Origin: Patescibacteria group bacterium
GTDB taxonomy: Bacteria > Patescibacteriota > Saccharimonadia > CAILAD01 > BJGX01
Length of the DNA stretch: 64,000 bases
Assembly: GCA_026397045.1 (NCBI GenBank)
Contig: JAPLVO010000014.1
Coordinates: 724-64,723 of the forward strand
Direction of reading: 5' to 3'
Part shown: positions 19,847 to 29,292 of the stretch, one piece after another
Layout: each line of letters begins with the position of its first letter
Numbering within the stretch: position 1 is the stretch's first letter
Made by a program: the position numbers and the translations under genes
Notes under the pieces: model-generated
The model's input: only the letters and a program-made list of their open reading frames with translations
Database searches by the model: none
What the model was told of the DNA's origin: nothing

Positions 19847-20113
19847 CTATCGTCGGAGCTTCAGCTTTTTAACCAATGCCTCATAACGATTATGGTCTTT
19901 TTTGCTTAGGTAGTCGAGCAGCCTTCTGCGCTTACTAACCATCGCGAGCAGCCCACGGCGGCTGTGGTTGTCTTTTTTGTGGGTCTTAAGGTGGTCGGTA
20001 AGAGATTTAATATTCTCTGTAAATAGCGCAACCTGAACTTCGGCCGAACCAGTGTCCTTGCTGTGGATACCGTTATCCTTCATCACTTTAGCTTTGATAG
20101 TTTTTTGAATCAT
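19847..20113 (-). CDS. rpsO: 30S ribosomal protein S15
   Basis: [32 protein letters not shown]. Confidence 0.98.
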   Translation of the reverse strand: MIQKTIKAKVMKDNGIHSKDTGSAEVQVALFTENIKSLTDHLKTHKKDNHSRRGLLAMVSKRRRLLDYLSKKDHNRYEALVKKLKLRR

Positions 20114-20143
20114 ACTCGAATTATATTAGCAGAAATTGGCATA

Positions 20144-20779
20144 TTAATCAAGTGGCATTGCGTTTTTAAGCTGGTTTTGGCCTATAGAAGTACGCACTAT
20201 CTGGGTGCAATAAGCCCCTGTTGCTAGTTTTTTACCAAGGTCTTCACCTAGCGCGCGAATATAAGTTCCACTGCTGACATCAGCTCGCAGCGTAAGCTCT
20301 GGGTAGCTGTATTTGAGTAGTTCTAGCTTACTAATTGTGACTTTTCTGGGCTTAATCTTTACCTCTTCGCCTCTTCTGGCCCTCTTGTAGGCCCTGACAC
20401 CATCTATTTTTATAGCACTGTACTTGGGGGGGACTTGCTCTATAACCCCCTTAAAGTCTTCTAGTGCTTCTAGAATAGCCTTTTTGGTGGGTACAGTATC
20501 AGATATAGATGTTTTTTCACCTTCTTGGTCGCCTGTATCTGAATTTTCACCTAGTTTTAGGCTAAATTCGTAGCTCTTATCGAGCTTGAGATAGCTATCT
20601 GATAGCCGAGTGTAATCTTTGCCTACCAGAACGATCAAAAGACCTTCGGCTTCTGGGTCTAGAGTACCAGCGTGCCCTACTTTCTTAATACCGCTAAGTC
20701 GGCGCATTTGAGCCACCATACTGAAGCTACTACGGCCGCGGGGTTTGTTTATTAGATATATTCCTGGGTTGTATTGCAT
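20144..20779 (-). CDS. truB: tRNA pseudouridine(55) synthase
   Basis: KVGHAGTLDP, QVPPKYSAIKIDG, SSGTYIR. Confidence 0.97.
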   Translation of the reverse strand: MQYNPGIYLINKPRGRSSFSMVAQMRRLSGIKKVGHAGTLDPEAEGLLIVLVGKDYTRLSDSYLKLDKSYEFSLKLGENSDTGDQEGEKTSISDTVPTKKAILEALEDFKGVIEQVPPKYSAIKIDGVRAYKRARRGEEVKIKPRKVTISKLELLKYSYPELTLRADVSSGTYIRALGEDLGKKLATGAYCTQIVRTSIGQNQLKNAMPLD

Positions 20780-20931
20780 TTTAGTGTCTAAGACAATCTT
20801 AGCAGATTAGGCCAAATACCAGCGATAAATTCATGCTTCCTAGGCTGAAGCTATCTTGGCACTAGGGCCTATTTTGCCCTGAAAGGGACCTGGGCTAAAC
20901 TTCTCGGCTTCAAACTCCCCTTTAGACCAAA

Positions 20932-21855
20932 TTAGATCTTTTTTTTTGAGCCTTCTTCGGTACTATGCACGACTGCTTCTGCTTGGCTGAGCTTTTTGGC
21001 CTCTTCTAAGGCCTCTTTTATAGAAGTGGGGGCCGACTCGTCGGGGACCTGAACCTTTGGGGCAGCTTGAGGGGCTGGGCTGAGGCTGGGTTTCGAGCTT
21101 TTAGATTGCATTATCCTAACAACATCCTGATGCTTCGCACCGGCGGCTAGCATTTGAGCAGCGACTGTCATGGCCTTTGCAGTGGTACCTGGAATAGTAA
21201 AATTATGAGTGGCACTTGTGATGCCCGTATATAGTGCGGTGGCAATTGATTCATCAACACTCCCCTGGGCGATTGATTCGAACAACGATACCAGCATTTC
21301 GCAAACTGAGCTAGCGTTTTGATCTATATAATTTACGCTACCAAAGTTCTCATTAATCCTGTGGTAGTCAATGTTTATTAGGTGAAGCCCATCGAATATA
21401 GTCGGGTTCTGCTCTACTATCCTATCTAATTTGGCAATCTGGGGGACGCCTAAGGATATTATGAGGTCAAACTTTAGTGGGCCCTGGCTAAAGCTAACAT
21501 CATTGGATTTGAAGTTGCCATTAAGCGGGGTTATGGTCACATCTAGGCGCTCGCCTTCGACATTATATTTGAGCTTGTCCACTACCACCGACTTCATATC
21601 GATGCTAACAATAAAATCTCTAACGCCATCCAGTTGCTTACTAATAAATTGCGTATCGAAAAGCTCAGCACTCTTGGGGAGGCTGTCGGTAACTACTACG
21701 CTTGCCTGCTTCTGGAGTTTATTTATTACTCTTTGCGTAGCAATAGCGGCTGACAACTGGTCGTTATTAGGCTCGCGACCTGTAATTATCAATATATTAT
21801 GAGCTTGCTTAATGAGCTCGCTGGCCTGTTGTTTTGGGGTTAATTCGTTTTGCAT
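20932..21855 (-). CDS. Degenerate DHH-family (NrnA-like) protein
   Basis: INIDYH in place of IDHH, ASSVCEML, ATALYTGI..AT..F; adjacent to truB; no DHHA1 domain evident. Confidence 0.75.
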   Translation of the reverse strand: MQNELTPKQQASELIKQAHNILIITGREPNNDQLSAAIATQRVINKLQKQASVVVTDSLPKSAELFDTQFISKQLDGVRDFIVSIDMKSVVVDKLKYNVEGERLDVTITPLNGNFKSNDVSFSQGPLKFDLIISLGVPQIAKLDRIVEQNPTIFDGLHLINIDYHRINENFGSVNYIDQNASSVCEMLVSLFESIAQGSVDESIATALYTGITSATHNFTIPGTTAKAMTVAAQMLAAGAKHQDVVRIMQSKSSKPSLSPAPQAAPKVQVPDESAPTSIKEALEEAKKLSQAEAVVHSTEEGSKKKI

Positions 21856-21972
21856 ATGTATAAAAATTATTTAATTACGATATTATACACATGATAAGCA
21901 TTATTGTCAAGAGCTGAGGGCTGTCTAGCTCAGTGGGCTTGCTAAAATACAGAATTATAGTAAAATAATATT

Positions 21973-22065
21973 ATGAATAACCAAAGCAAAAATACCTTCC
22001 CGATTTATTCGCGGATGTCTACCCGTACAGCGGTGGGGTTTGCTTTGGCTTATCGAATGATCTAA
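21973..22065 (+). CDS. Putative leader peptide (30 aa) upstream of the GNAT gene
   Basis: TTGCTA-N16-TAAAAT-N6-ATG; MNNQSKNTFPIYSRMSTRTAVGFALAYRMI*. Confidence 0.45.
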   Translation: MNNQSKNTFPIYSRMSTRTAVGFALAYRMI

Positions 22066-22098
22066 CCGGTTACTAACAGTTTCTGATATCCGATGAGC

Positions 22099-22124
22099 CT
22101 CCATTCAAGAAGATGGAGTTTTTT
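22099..22124 (+). terminator. Intrinsic terminator within the GNAT leader (attenuator candidate)
   Basis: CTCCAT-loop-ATGGAG followed by TTTTTT. Confidence 0.55.
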
Positions 22125-22215
22125 ATCTTAATACAAGAAACGCCACTTCGCTAGGAGGCCCATCGGGTCTCGGAAATTCCGAGATCTGCACCTAACTACC
22201 TCTAAGGGAGTAGCT

Positions 22216-22896
22216 ATGGCCTATGGATTGCCAATGAGCTTCAGCAATGGCGTTGAGAATAAGCAAGAACCCCGCATTATCATGCGAGGCTACCAAGAAG
22301 GCGAAGGTACGCTTATGGCGAAGGCCATAAGCCGAGTAAATATACAGCGTTACATTATGCTCTCTGCCACACAAACTCCAGCAATGGAAGAAGCGTGGAT
22401 GGAGCAGGCAGCTACACTCAAGGATGATTGCACATGGGCGATTTGTATCGCTCAAGACAGCTCAGATGAGCTTGGCACACCGATTGGTAGCACTGGCTTG
22501 CACCGCATTGAAGACGGCAGAGCGCATTCGGGTATTGTCATTTATGACGACTCATTCTGGCACCAGGGCATCGCCAGTGCCTGCCATCGCGCCAGAAGCC
22601 TCTATGCTCACCAAGTACTAGGCATTCGTGCCGTCGATAGCTATGTCATCAGTGGCAATGATGCCAGCCTAAACGCCCTACAGGGCGTCGGTTATACGCG
22701 CACAGGTACTCAATACAGCCACAGCATTGTCGGCGGCAAGGTCTGTCATGTTGATAATCTGACATGGGTCAATCCGTACCGGCACCAGTGGGATTATTTT
22801 TGGGGGGATAATGAGCCTCCCGAGGAGTTTAATATCTCGCGCCGTAAAGCAGAATTGGCTATTGAGCGAGCCAGAGCAGATGTCACCTTTATGTGA
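22216..22896 (+). CDS. GNAT N-acetyltransferase, RimJ/RimL family
   Basis: PIGSTGL, SGIVI....FWHQGIAS, N.AS..AL..VGY...G. Confidence 0.85.
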   Translation: MAYGLPMSFSNGVENKQEPRIIMRGYQEGEGTLMAKAISRVNIQRYIMLSATQTPAMEEAWMEQAATLKDDCTWAICIAQDSSDELGTPIGSTGLHRIEDGRAHSGIVIYDDSFWHQGIASACHRARSLYAHQVLGIRAVDSYVISGNDASLNALQGVGYTRTGTQYSHSIVGGKVCHVDNLTWVNPYRHQWDYFWGDNEPPEEFNISRRKAELAIERARADVTFM

Positions 22897-22914
22897 CGAC
22901 GGGTATGTTATTGC

Positions 22915-22942
22915 ATGGGGCCAGGTTTTTACCTGGCCCCAT
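22915..22942 (+). terminator. Terminator hairpin after the GNAT gene
   Basis: ATGGGGCCAGGT-TTTT-ACCTGGCCCCAT followed by a T-rich tail. Confidence 0.7.
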
Positions 22943-23088
22943 TTACTTTGACATTTTCCACCACAGTATAGATCCCTGGAATGATATTGTTTATCAATGC
23001 CTAGTTACGGCTAAGCTCAGAGTCTTTACAGATACGGCTAAATAAGCTATACTACTCTCTATAACTTTTTAGAAAGACATATTTAAAC

Positions 23089-23487
23089 ATGCCAGTAATC
23101 AAATCCGCAATTAAGAGAGTTCGCCAGGCAAAAAAGCGCAAAGCCTACAATGTTAGTGTAAAATCTTCTGTTAAAGCTAAATTCAAGGCCGTACGCGACG
23201 AAATTGCCACAGGCAAAATTGAAAACAGCCAAGAACTTATCGCTGCTATCAAAGAAATTGATGTAGCTGTCCGCAAAGGCGTTATCAATAAGCACTCTGC
23301 TGCTCGCAAAAAGAGCCGTCTAGCCAAGAGCTATAACTCAGTTGCCGCAAAACCATATGGCACAGAAGCCCCGGGCAAACCAGGCGAGAAGAAAAAAGCC
23401 ATCAAAAAGCCAGCGGCCAAAAAGACTCCAGCAAGCAAAGCTAGCACTAAAAAGCCAGCGGCCAAAAAGTCCCCTCTAAAGAAGTAA
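23089..23487 (+). CDS. rpsT: 30S ribosomal protein S20 with Lys/Ala/Pro-rich tail
   Basis: MP.IKSAIKRVRQ, ID.AV.KGVI.K..AARKKSRL. Confidence 0.96.
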   Translation: MPVIKSAIKRVRQAKKRKAYNVSVKSSVKAKFKAVRDEIATGKIENSQELIAAIKEIDVAVRKGVINKHSAARKKSRLAKSYNSVAAKPYGTEAPGKPGEKKKAIKKPAAKKTPASKASTKKPAAKKSPLKK

Positions 23488-23488
23488 C

Positions 23489-23521
23489 TATTTAACCCCT
23501 CCAACCAAGAGGGGTTAAATA
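23489..23521. terminator. Bidirectional terminator between convergent rpsT and holA
   Basis: 13-bp inverted repeat TATTTAACCCCTC/GAGGGGTTAAATA. Confidence 0.75.
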
Positions 23522-23524
23522 CTA

Positions 23525-24439
23525 CTAATTTTCACACAATCTATAGATGAGTTCTGTTACAGCCTCAGGCGAGGCTAGCTGACCCGTCTTGATAGCTATA
23601 TCGGCCCTAGCGATCAATGCATAGGCTTTTTTTATGTCAGCTATTTCTAGCCCCCCAGATATTGCTCTTGCCTTCTGCAGCGGATAAGGAGACAGGCGAT
23701 ATGCCTTGGTGAGTTCGGGATTATTTATTACAACTACCATTAGCACCCTGAACTGATATGTTATAGCCCCGATAATTAGCTGGTCTGCTACGCCTTGAGT
23801 TGTCAGCTGCTTGTACAAAATAATGCAGCGCCTAATATCCTTGCCAACCAAGGCTTCGGCCAGATCAAATGAAGTACTTTCTATGCTTTCTGTGGCCAGC
23901 TCGGCGATTGTTTCTTTTGTTATAGTCTTACTATAGCTACTGAGCTTAATCAGCTCATTGTGCAGCGTCCATTGGTCCTGCCCTACATAATCTATAAGGT
24001 AACTCACGACCTTAGGATCGATAATTGCGCCGAGACGGCTAGACTCTAGCTTGACCCATTTGATCAAATCATACCTTTCCAGAATTTTATACTCCTTTGC
24101 TCCGTCTAGCTTACTAAGCTGCTTAAAAACAGCTGTGCGTTTGTCGGGGTTGGCATCTATAAGTACCAAATTAGTGCTAATTGGTGTTGAATCTACCAGC
24201 TGACCCAGCTGCTCGGAGGTTGGCTTGGCCAGACTTATGCCGTCGACCAATATAAGCCTGCTACTTACAAACATCGGCACGGTGGCAAGGTTTTCGAGTA
24301 ACCCCCCTATCCCCTTGCTGGCAATATCGACCCTGCTGTAATCACCTTCCTGGCCTGTCTTAGAAAGGTATCTAGACTTAATTAACCCCAGCTGACGATT
24401 GATAGCAAAGCTGTTTTTACCATATAAATATATAACCAT
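23525..24439 (-). CDS. holA: DNA polymerase III subunit delta
   Basis: IYLYG, PMF...RLILV, DKRT..FK.L, L.NEL.KL..Y, FDLAEAL, DIAIKTG. Confidence 0.88.
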   Translation of the reverse strand: MVIYLYGKNSFAINRQLGLIKSRYLSKTGQEGDYSRVDIASKGIGGLLENLATVPMFVSSRLILVDGISLAKPTSEQLGQLVDSTPISTNLVLIDANPDKRTAVFKQLSKLDGAKEYKILERYDLIKWVKLESSRLGAIIDPKVVSYLIDYVGQDQWTLHNELIKLSSYSKTITKETIAELATESIESTSFDLAEALVGKDIRRCIILYKQLTTQGVADQLIIGAITYQFRVLMVVVINNPELTKAYRLSPYPLQKARAISGGLEIADIKKAYALIARADIAIKTGQLASPEAVTELIYRLCEN

Positions 24440-24510
24440 TAGCTACAGTTCTCCATTGGATAATTATACCTGAAAGATCCAGCCATCCAAACCTATTGAT
24501 CTTCGGGTCT

Positions 24511-25398
24511 TTAGAGTCTGTCTCGAGGTGGGCGCTGACAATGCTCGCAAATATGAGTGCCTCGGCCGGCAACCCGAATTTTTATGATTTGTCTTCCGCA
24601 GACTGGACAGCTAGTGCCTTCCCTTCTAAAAACTTTTGCAAACTTAAGGTAGCTACCCTTATTACCATTGGCATCTACATAGTTTTTATCGCTACTGCCG
24701 CCCAATTCAATGCTCAACTTCATAATTGCCCGCAAACTAGAATAAAGCCTTTTTAGCTTGATGGTACTGACATCGCCCACTTTTGTAGCTGGGTGAATTC
24801 TAGCTGAAAAAAGCCCTTCATCGGCATAGATATTGCCCACGCCCGCCAGCACAGTTTGGTCCAATATGGCAGCCTTAATAGTAGTATTCTTTCGGCGCTG
24901 GAGCGCACTATTGAATTGTTCAAAAGTATAGCTATCGCTTAGTGGCTCTGGCCCTAGCTTGCTCAAAAACGAATTAGAATCATATAAACCCTTAGATTTT
25001 TCTAGCTTTACCCAACCAAACTTTCGCTGATCATTAAAAAATAATGTTCCGCGACCAAAATTGATGGTTACGCGAGTAGATTTATTGGGCAATTTATCTA
25101 TCAGGCTATCGTTGGGATGGCCGCCCCCAAAGCCCTTACCATTGTTTGGCCGATACACTAGCTGACCGGTCATTTTCAGATGAATCAATACACTATACCC
25201 AGACGATAGTGGAATAATAATAACCTTACCCCGGCGATTTACAGCCTCTACCGTGGCGCCAATAAGCACCCTATCTACTAGGGCCTGGCTATTAGGGAAG
25301 CCTTTTGGCCAATCAAAAGTCAGGCTCTTAGCCTGTAATCCTGGCAAGAAGCCCTGCAACCCCAGCCTGACAGTTTCAACTTCTGGTAACTCTGGCAT
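24511..25398 (-). CDS. mutM: Formamidopyrimidine-DNA glycosylase (Fpg)
   Basis: MPELPEVE, RRGK, HLKMTG, GVGNIYADE, C-terminal CPVC...CEHCQ zinc finger. Confidence 0.98.
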   Translation of the reverse strand: MPELPEVETVRLGLQGFLPGLQAKSLTFDWPKGFPNSQALVDRVLIGATVEAVNRRGKVIIIPLSSGYSVLIHLKMTGQLVYRPNNGKGFGGGHPNDSLIDKLPNKSTRVTINFGRGTLFFNDQRKFGWVKLEKSKGLYDSNSFLSKLGPEPLSDSYTFEQFNSALQRRKNTTIKAAILDQTVLAGVGNIYADEGLFSARIHPATKVGDVSTIKLKRLYSSLRAIMKLSIELGGSSDKNYVDANGNKGSYLKFAKVFRREGTSCPVCGRQIIKIRVAGRGTHICEHCQRPPRDRL

Positions 25399-25546
25399 AG
25401 CGAAAGTATGACAGAGTCAAGCGTCTGTAACAACTAGATGCAGGCATATGGGCGTGTTACTGTTGGCTACTGTACCTCTAAGGGCTTGATTATATGATGT
25501 AATAATTGTATATTACAAAAAGTTCATCGACAAAAGGAGAAAAGCA

Positions 25547-25651
25547 GTGAATAAGGTACTAAGATATTGGCTAGAGCTTATATTCGCCGTTATGGCTGTA
25601 AGTGTTGCGGCTGGCACTGTAATGGTGGCCATTATCGCGATGAGGCCATAA
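25547..25651 (+). CDS. Small single-TM protein (34 aa; below ORF-track cutoff)
   Basis: SD AAAGGAG, GTG start, MNKVLRYWLELIFAVMAVSVAAGTVMVAIIAMRP*. Confidence 0.5.
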   Translation: MNKVLRYWLELIFAVMAVSVAAGTVMVAIIAMRP

Positions 25652-25652
25652 A

Positions 25653-25988
25653 ATGGCTTTGTTCAGGAACCACAGCTGGAATTACGATGATAAATTATTA
25701 GCATCAGAAATGTCTAAAAGCATTCACTACCACCTATGCAGCAAACAAATCGTTACTCATAGCGTGGGTGAAAAAAAGTATACTTTATACTTTTTGAGGG
25801 CAGGAGATGTGTTTTATTTCTCCCTTGATGGCTTCGAAGACTTGTTTGGTATTAAAGCCAGGCTTGAAGAGCAGGAGGCAGTCCTAGTTGAAGGATTTAT
25901 ATCAAACATGAATGATGTCACACTTTACTGCCCTACCGATAAACTCCAAACGATTAAATTCGTTGTAGGACCTAGCCTTTCTGGCTAG
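25653..25988 (+). CDS. Hypothetical protein
   Basis: 111-aa ORF starting 1 nt after the small TM ORF stop; fills the gap between mutM and polA. Confidence 0.55.
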   Translation: MALFRNHSWNYDDKLLASEMSKSIHYHLCSKQIVTHSVGEKKYTLYFLRAGDVFYFSLDGFEDLFGIKARLEEQEAVLVEGFISNMNDVTLYCPTDKLQTIKFVVGPSLSG

Positions 25989-25995
25989 GTCCTAT

Positions 25996-28740
25996 CTATT
26001 TTAGTTCACCCCAGCTAGTTCCGATTTTTACACCCACCTCAATTGGTACTGCAAACTTATGAACTGCAATCATTTCTTGCGATACTATTTCAATCACAGC
26101 TTTCTCTTGGTCTTTGGGGCACTCCACAATGAGTTCATCATGTATTTGTAAAATTAGCTTGGCATTCTTTGGTAGTTTTTTGTGAATACTTATCATTGCC
26201 AGCTTCATCATGTCTGCAGCTGTACCTTGAAGCGGCATATTCACAGCAGCTCGCTCGGCAGCAGATCGAACCAAGAAGTTGCTCGAGGCTACATCTGGGC
26301 AGGGTCGCCTTCTGCCAAAAATTGTTTCGGTGTAGCCCTCGTCATGAGCAAATTTTTTAACACTAGCGATATACTGCGCTACGCCTTTGCGAAGCTCAAA
26401 ATAGCGGTCGATAAAGTCTTTTGACTGGGCGTAATCAAAGCCAGTGGCCACAGATAGCCCGTGGGTATTCATGCCATATAAAACACCAAAATTTATCGCC
26501 TTGGCGGCATAGCGCTGTTCTGGCGTAACTTCTTCTGGCTTAATTCCAAACATCTCAGCACTGGTGAGAGTATGAATATCTGCCCCCTCTACAAAAGCTT
26601 TTATTATTGGCTCGTCGTTGGCTAGCGCGGCTGCCAGCCTAAGCTCTATCTGGCTATAATCTGCAGACACCAAAATATTGCCCTCTGATGCCACGAATGC
26701 CTTGCGTATCTCTCGGCCGGTTTCTGTGCGAGTAGGAATATTTTGCAGGTTTGGATTGGTGCTACTTAAGCGCCCTGTCTGGGCGATTGTTTGGTTGTAG
26801 CTTGTGTGAATTCTAGAATTGGGTTTAACCAGCTTGGGCAAAGCATCTACATAGGTGCTGGTCAGCTTGGTGAGCTCTCGGTACTCAAACATCATATCGA
26901 CAATCTTATGCTTGCCGCGCAGCTTCTCAAGCTCGCTAGCCGCCGTACTTATACCGGTCTTGGTCTTTTTTAAGCCCTGGCTATCTATTTTAAGCTTTTC
27001 AAAAAGCACCACTTGCAGCTGAGCCGGTGAGCTAATATTAAATTCCTCACCTGCAAGGCCCCATATACTAGCCCTTAATTTATCTATCTCTAGGTGGTAT
27101 TGAATTGATAATTTGTTCAAAAATTTTGAATCTAACTCAACACCCTGATATTCCATATCGCCTAGTACTTCTATAAGCGGCCACTCCATTTGAGCAGCAA
27201 GGCTAGCCAGCTCGCCAATAGAATCTAGCTGCTTTTCTAGCTTCTTATAGAGCCTCCAGGTAATGTCGGCGTCTTCGGCAGCATACTGTGAGGCCTCTTT
27301 GATATCAATCTTATCGAAGGTTTGTTGGCTCTTTCCCTTGGTGCCAATTAGCTCTTCAATCTCAATCATAGATATACCCAGCTCATTGTAGGCTAGCTGG
27401 CTCAAGCTCTGGGCCCTACCAATAGGGTTAATTAGAAATGCCGCAACCATCGTGTCAAACACAATTGGCCCAAGACGCATCTCATCATGTGGTCGCATCA
27501 CCACATAGTCGTATTTGATATTATGGCCAACTTTTCCTATCGCTGGGTCTTTCAAAATAGGGCCAATAACATCATAGTATTGGTCGTAGCCAATTTCGGT
27601 CTTCTGGCTGTGAGCCAGCGGCACATAGTAGGCCTCGCCTTCTTGAAAGCTAAAAGAAGCCCCAACCAAACTAGCGTCAATGGCATCTACGCTGGTTGTT
27701 TCAGTGTCGTAGGCAAAGACCTTTTGGGCTTTGAGTTTGGTGGCTAGCTGCTTGAGCTCACTGAGCTTAGTTATTAAATGGTACTTGGCGGTCTTTAGAT
27801 GTTCGCGGTTAAACTCAGCCGCAGCCTCTGCCCCACCCTGCTGGGCGTCTTGTGTAGGGGCATCTTCTGAAAGTGACTGAGTTGGTAATTTGGAAAGTAG
27901 ACTTTTAAACTCTAGCTTGTGAAATAAATCAAAGACCTTTTTTTTGTCATAATCGTGCAGGGCCGAATCAGCAAGCTTAAAATCAAACTCAACATCACGC
28001 TTTATTGTTGAAAGATCAAGGCTCAAATAAGCACTTTCTTTGCCAGCTGCGAGCTTTTTGGCCAGAGCTGGTTTAATTAGCTCAATATTTTCATATATTT
28101 TATCGAGGGTCTTATACTCACTCACTAGATCTGTCGCACCCTTGTCGCCAATACCTGTAACCCCCGGAATATTATCGCTGGTATCGCCTTTCAGTGCCTT
28201 ATAGACAATAAACTCTTCTGGAGTAACGCCATATTTATCATAGACGGCCTTTTCATCATAAATAAATGTATCGCTAAAGCCTTTGCGCATAGTATAGACT
28301 GCTACATTTTCAGAAACCAGCTGGAGTTCGTCCATATCGCCCGTGACCACGACTACATCTAGAGAATCTTGATACGATTTGGCGAGAGTGCCAATAATAT
28401 CGTCGGCCTCGTAGCCCGGTGCCTCAATAAGTGGAATATTAAAGGCAGCTACAAGCTCCTTGGTAAGTGGCATCTGTGCGTATAGTTCGTCTGGGGCTTT
28501 TTTACGGGTGGCTTTGTAATCCGAATACTGGTCATGACGAAAAGTCTTTCCAGGTGCATCCCAGGCAACAATAGCATAGTCTGGCTTGAGCTCCCGCAGT
28601 GCTAGTAGCATCATCATGGTGAAGCCATAGACAGCATTGGTGGGCGTGCCGTCTTTGGTGGTGAGGTGAGGAATAGCGTGAAACCCCCTGTGCACCAAGG
28701 CGTGACCATCAAAGATTACGAGCTTTTTTCTTTTAATCAT
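25996..28740 (-). CDS. polA: DNA polymerase I
   Basis: 5'-3' exo (DGHALVHR, EADDIIG), 3'-5' exo (DTET, YAAED), DYSQIELR, KAINFGVLYG, QIHDEL. Start set at 28740. Confidence 0.99.
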   Translation of the reverse strand: MIKRKKLVIFDGHALVHRGFHAIPHLTTKDGTPTNAVYGFTMMMLLALRELKPDYAIVAWDAPGKTFRHDQYSDYKATRKKAPDELYAQMPLTKELVAAFNIPLIEAPGYEADDIIGTLAKSYQDSLDVVVVTGDMDELQLVSENVAVYTMRKGFSDTFIYDEKAVYDKYGVTPEEFIVYKALKGDTSDNIPGVTGIGDKGATDLVSEYKTLDKIYENIELIKPALAKKLAAGKESAYLSLDLSTIKRDVEFDFKLADSALHDYDKKKVFDLFHKLEFKSLLSKLPTQSLSEDAPTQDAQQGGAEAAAEFNREHLKTAKYHLITKLSELKQLATKLKAQKVFAYDTETTSVDAIDASLVGASFSFQEGEAYYVPLAHSQKTEIGYDQYYDVIGPILKDPAIGKVGHNIKYDYVVMRPHDEMRLGPIVFDTMVAAFLINPIGRAQSLSQLAYNELGISMIEIEELIGTKGKSQQTFDKIDIKEASQYAAEDADITWRLYKKLEKQLDSIGELASLAAQMEWPLIEVLGDMEYQGVELDSKFLNKLSIQYHLEIDKLRASIWGLAGEEFNISSPAQLQVVLFEKLKIDSQGLKKTKTGISTAASELEKLRGKHKIVDMMFEYRELTKLTSTYVDALPKLVKPNSRIHTSYNQTIAQTGRLSSTNPNLQNIPTRTETGREIRKAFVASEGNILVSADYSQIELRLAAALANDEPIIKAFVEGADIHTLTSAEMFGIKPEEVTPEQRYAAKAINFGVLYGMNTHGLSVATGFDYAQSKDFIDRYFELRKGVAQYIASVKKFAHDEGYTETIFGRRRPCPDVASSNFLVRSAAERAAVNMPLQGTAADMMKLAMISIHKKLPKNAKLILQIHDELIVECPKDQEKAVIEIVSQEMIAVHKFAVPIEVGVKIGTSWGELK

Positions 28741-28818
28741 AGTTAAATTATACCTTATGTTATAAAATATAAGATAATTTGTGATCAAATAAACTAATTA
28801 AGAGGATTTAATTTACTT

Positions 28819-29292
28819 ATGAACAAGCCATCAGGGCCATCAAAGCCAACACACGACGGAGAAGAATCAGAGCCACTACACCATGGAGAAGAAGCTGCAA
28901 CTAGGGCATATGAAAAAAAACTGGCCATCGAACGAAGTATCGAACCTTCAGATAACAGTGACCAGCCTTTTTTGCCCGATCCGTCTGATGAAACTGGAGC
29001 CGAACCCAGTGGAGGTGGCTATGGTGCCGCTGTGCCTGAAAATATCTCACCGCCCGCCGTTATCCCACCGACCCCCAATCCTCCCGCCGAGCCACCTAGG
29101 GATGGCGACTTCGTGCCCGTAACTGAGGTAGAAACAGCTGCTGGAAAAATAGGAGTGGAAGCGAGCCAAATAGAGCTGGAAGCTGCCGCGGTTCGCAAAA
29201 AGCTTATAGATGACGAGGTTCGCGCAGCAGCCGAAGCGGCTCGCGATGAAGCCCTAAAAGCTGCCAATAACCAACCCCCCAAAAACCCCTAG
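28819..29292 (+). CDS. Hypothetical acidic Pro-rich disordered protein with C-terminal helix
   Basis: 157-aa ORF with SD AAGAGG filling the polA-rpoD gap. Confidence 0.65.
   Translation: MNKPSGPSKPTHDGEESEPLHHGEEAATRAYEKKLAIERSIEPSDNSDQPFLPDPSDETGAEPSGGGYGAAVPENISPPAVIPPTPNPPAEPPRDGDFVPVTEVETAAGKIGVEASQIELEAAAVRKKLIDDEVRAAAEAARDEALKAANNQPPKNP

Noticed and set aside
20932-21855. Active nanoRNase NrnA
   Set aside because: The catalytic DxD and DHH motifs are degenerate (PNND, DYH) and no DHHA1 domain is evident, so I kept it only as a DHH-like protein without a gene symbol.
21980-22052. Purine-type riboswitch in the GNAT leader (GATGTCTACC resembles the GUUUCUACC core)
   Set aside because: The P2/P3 loops and junction consensus of purine aptamers cannot be fitted by eye. 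A leader peptide explains the region better, and cmscan would settle it.
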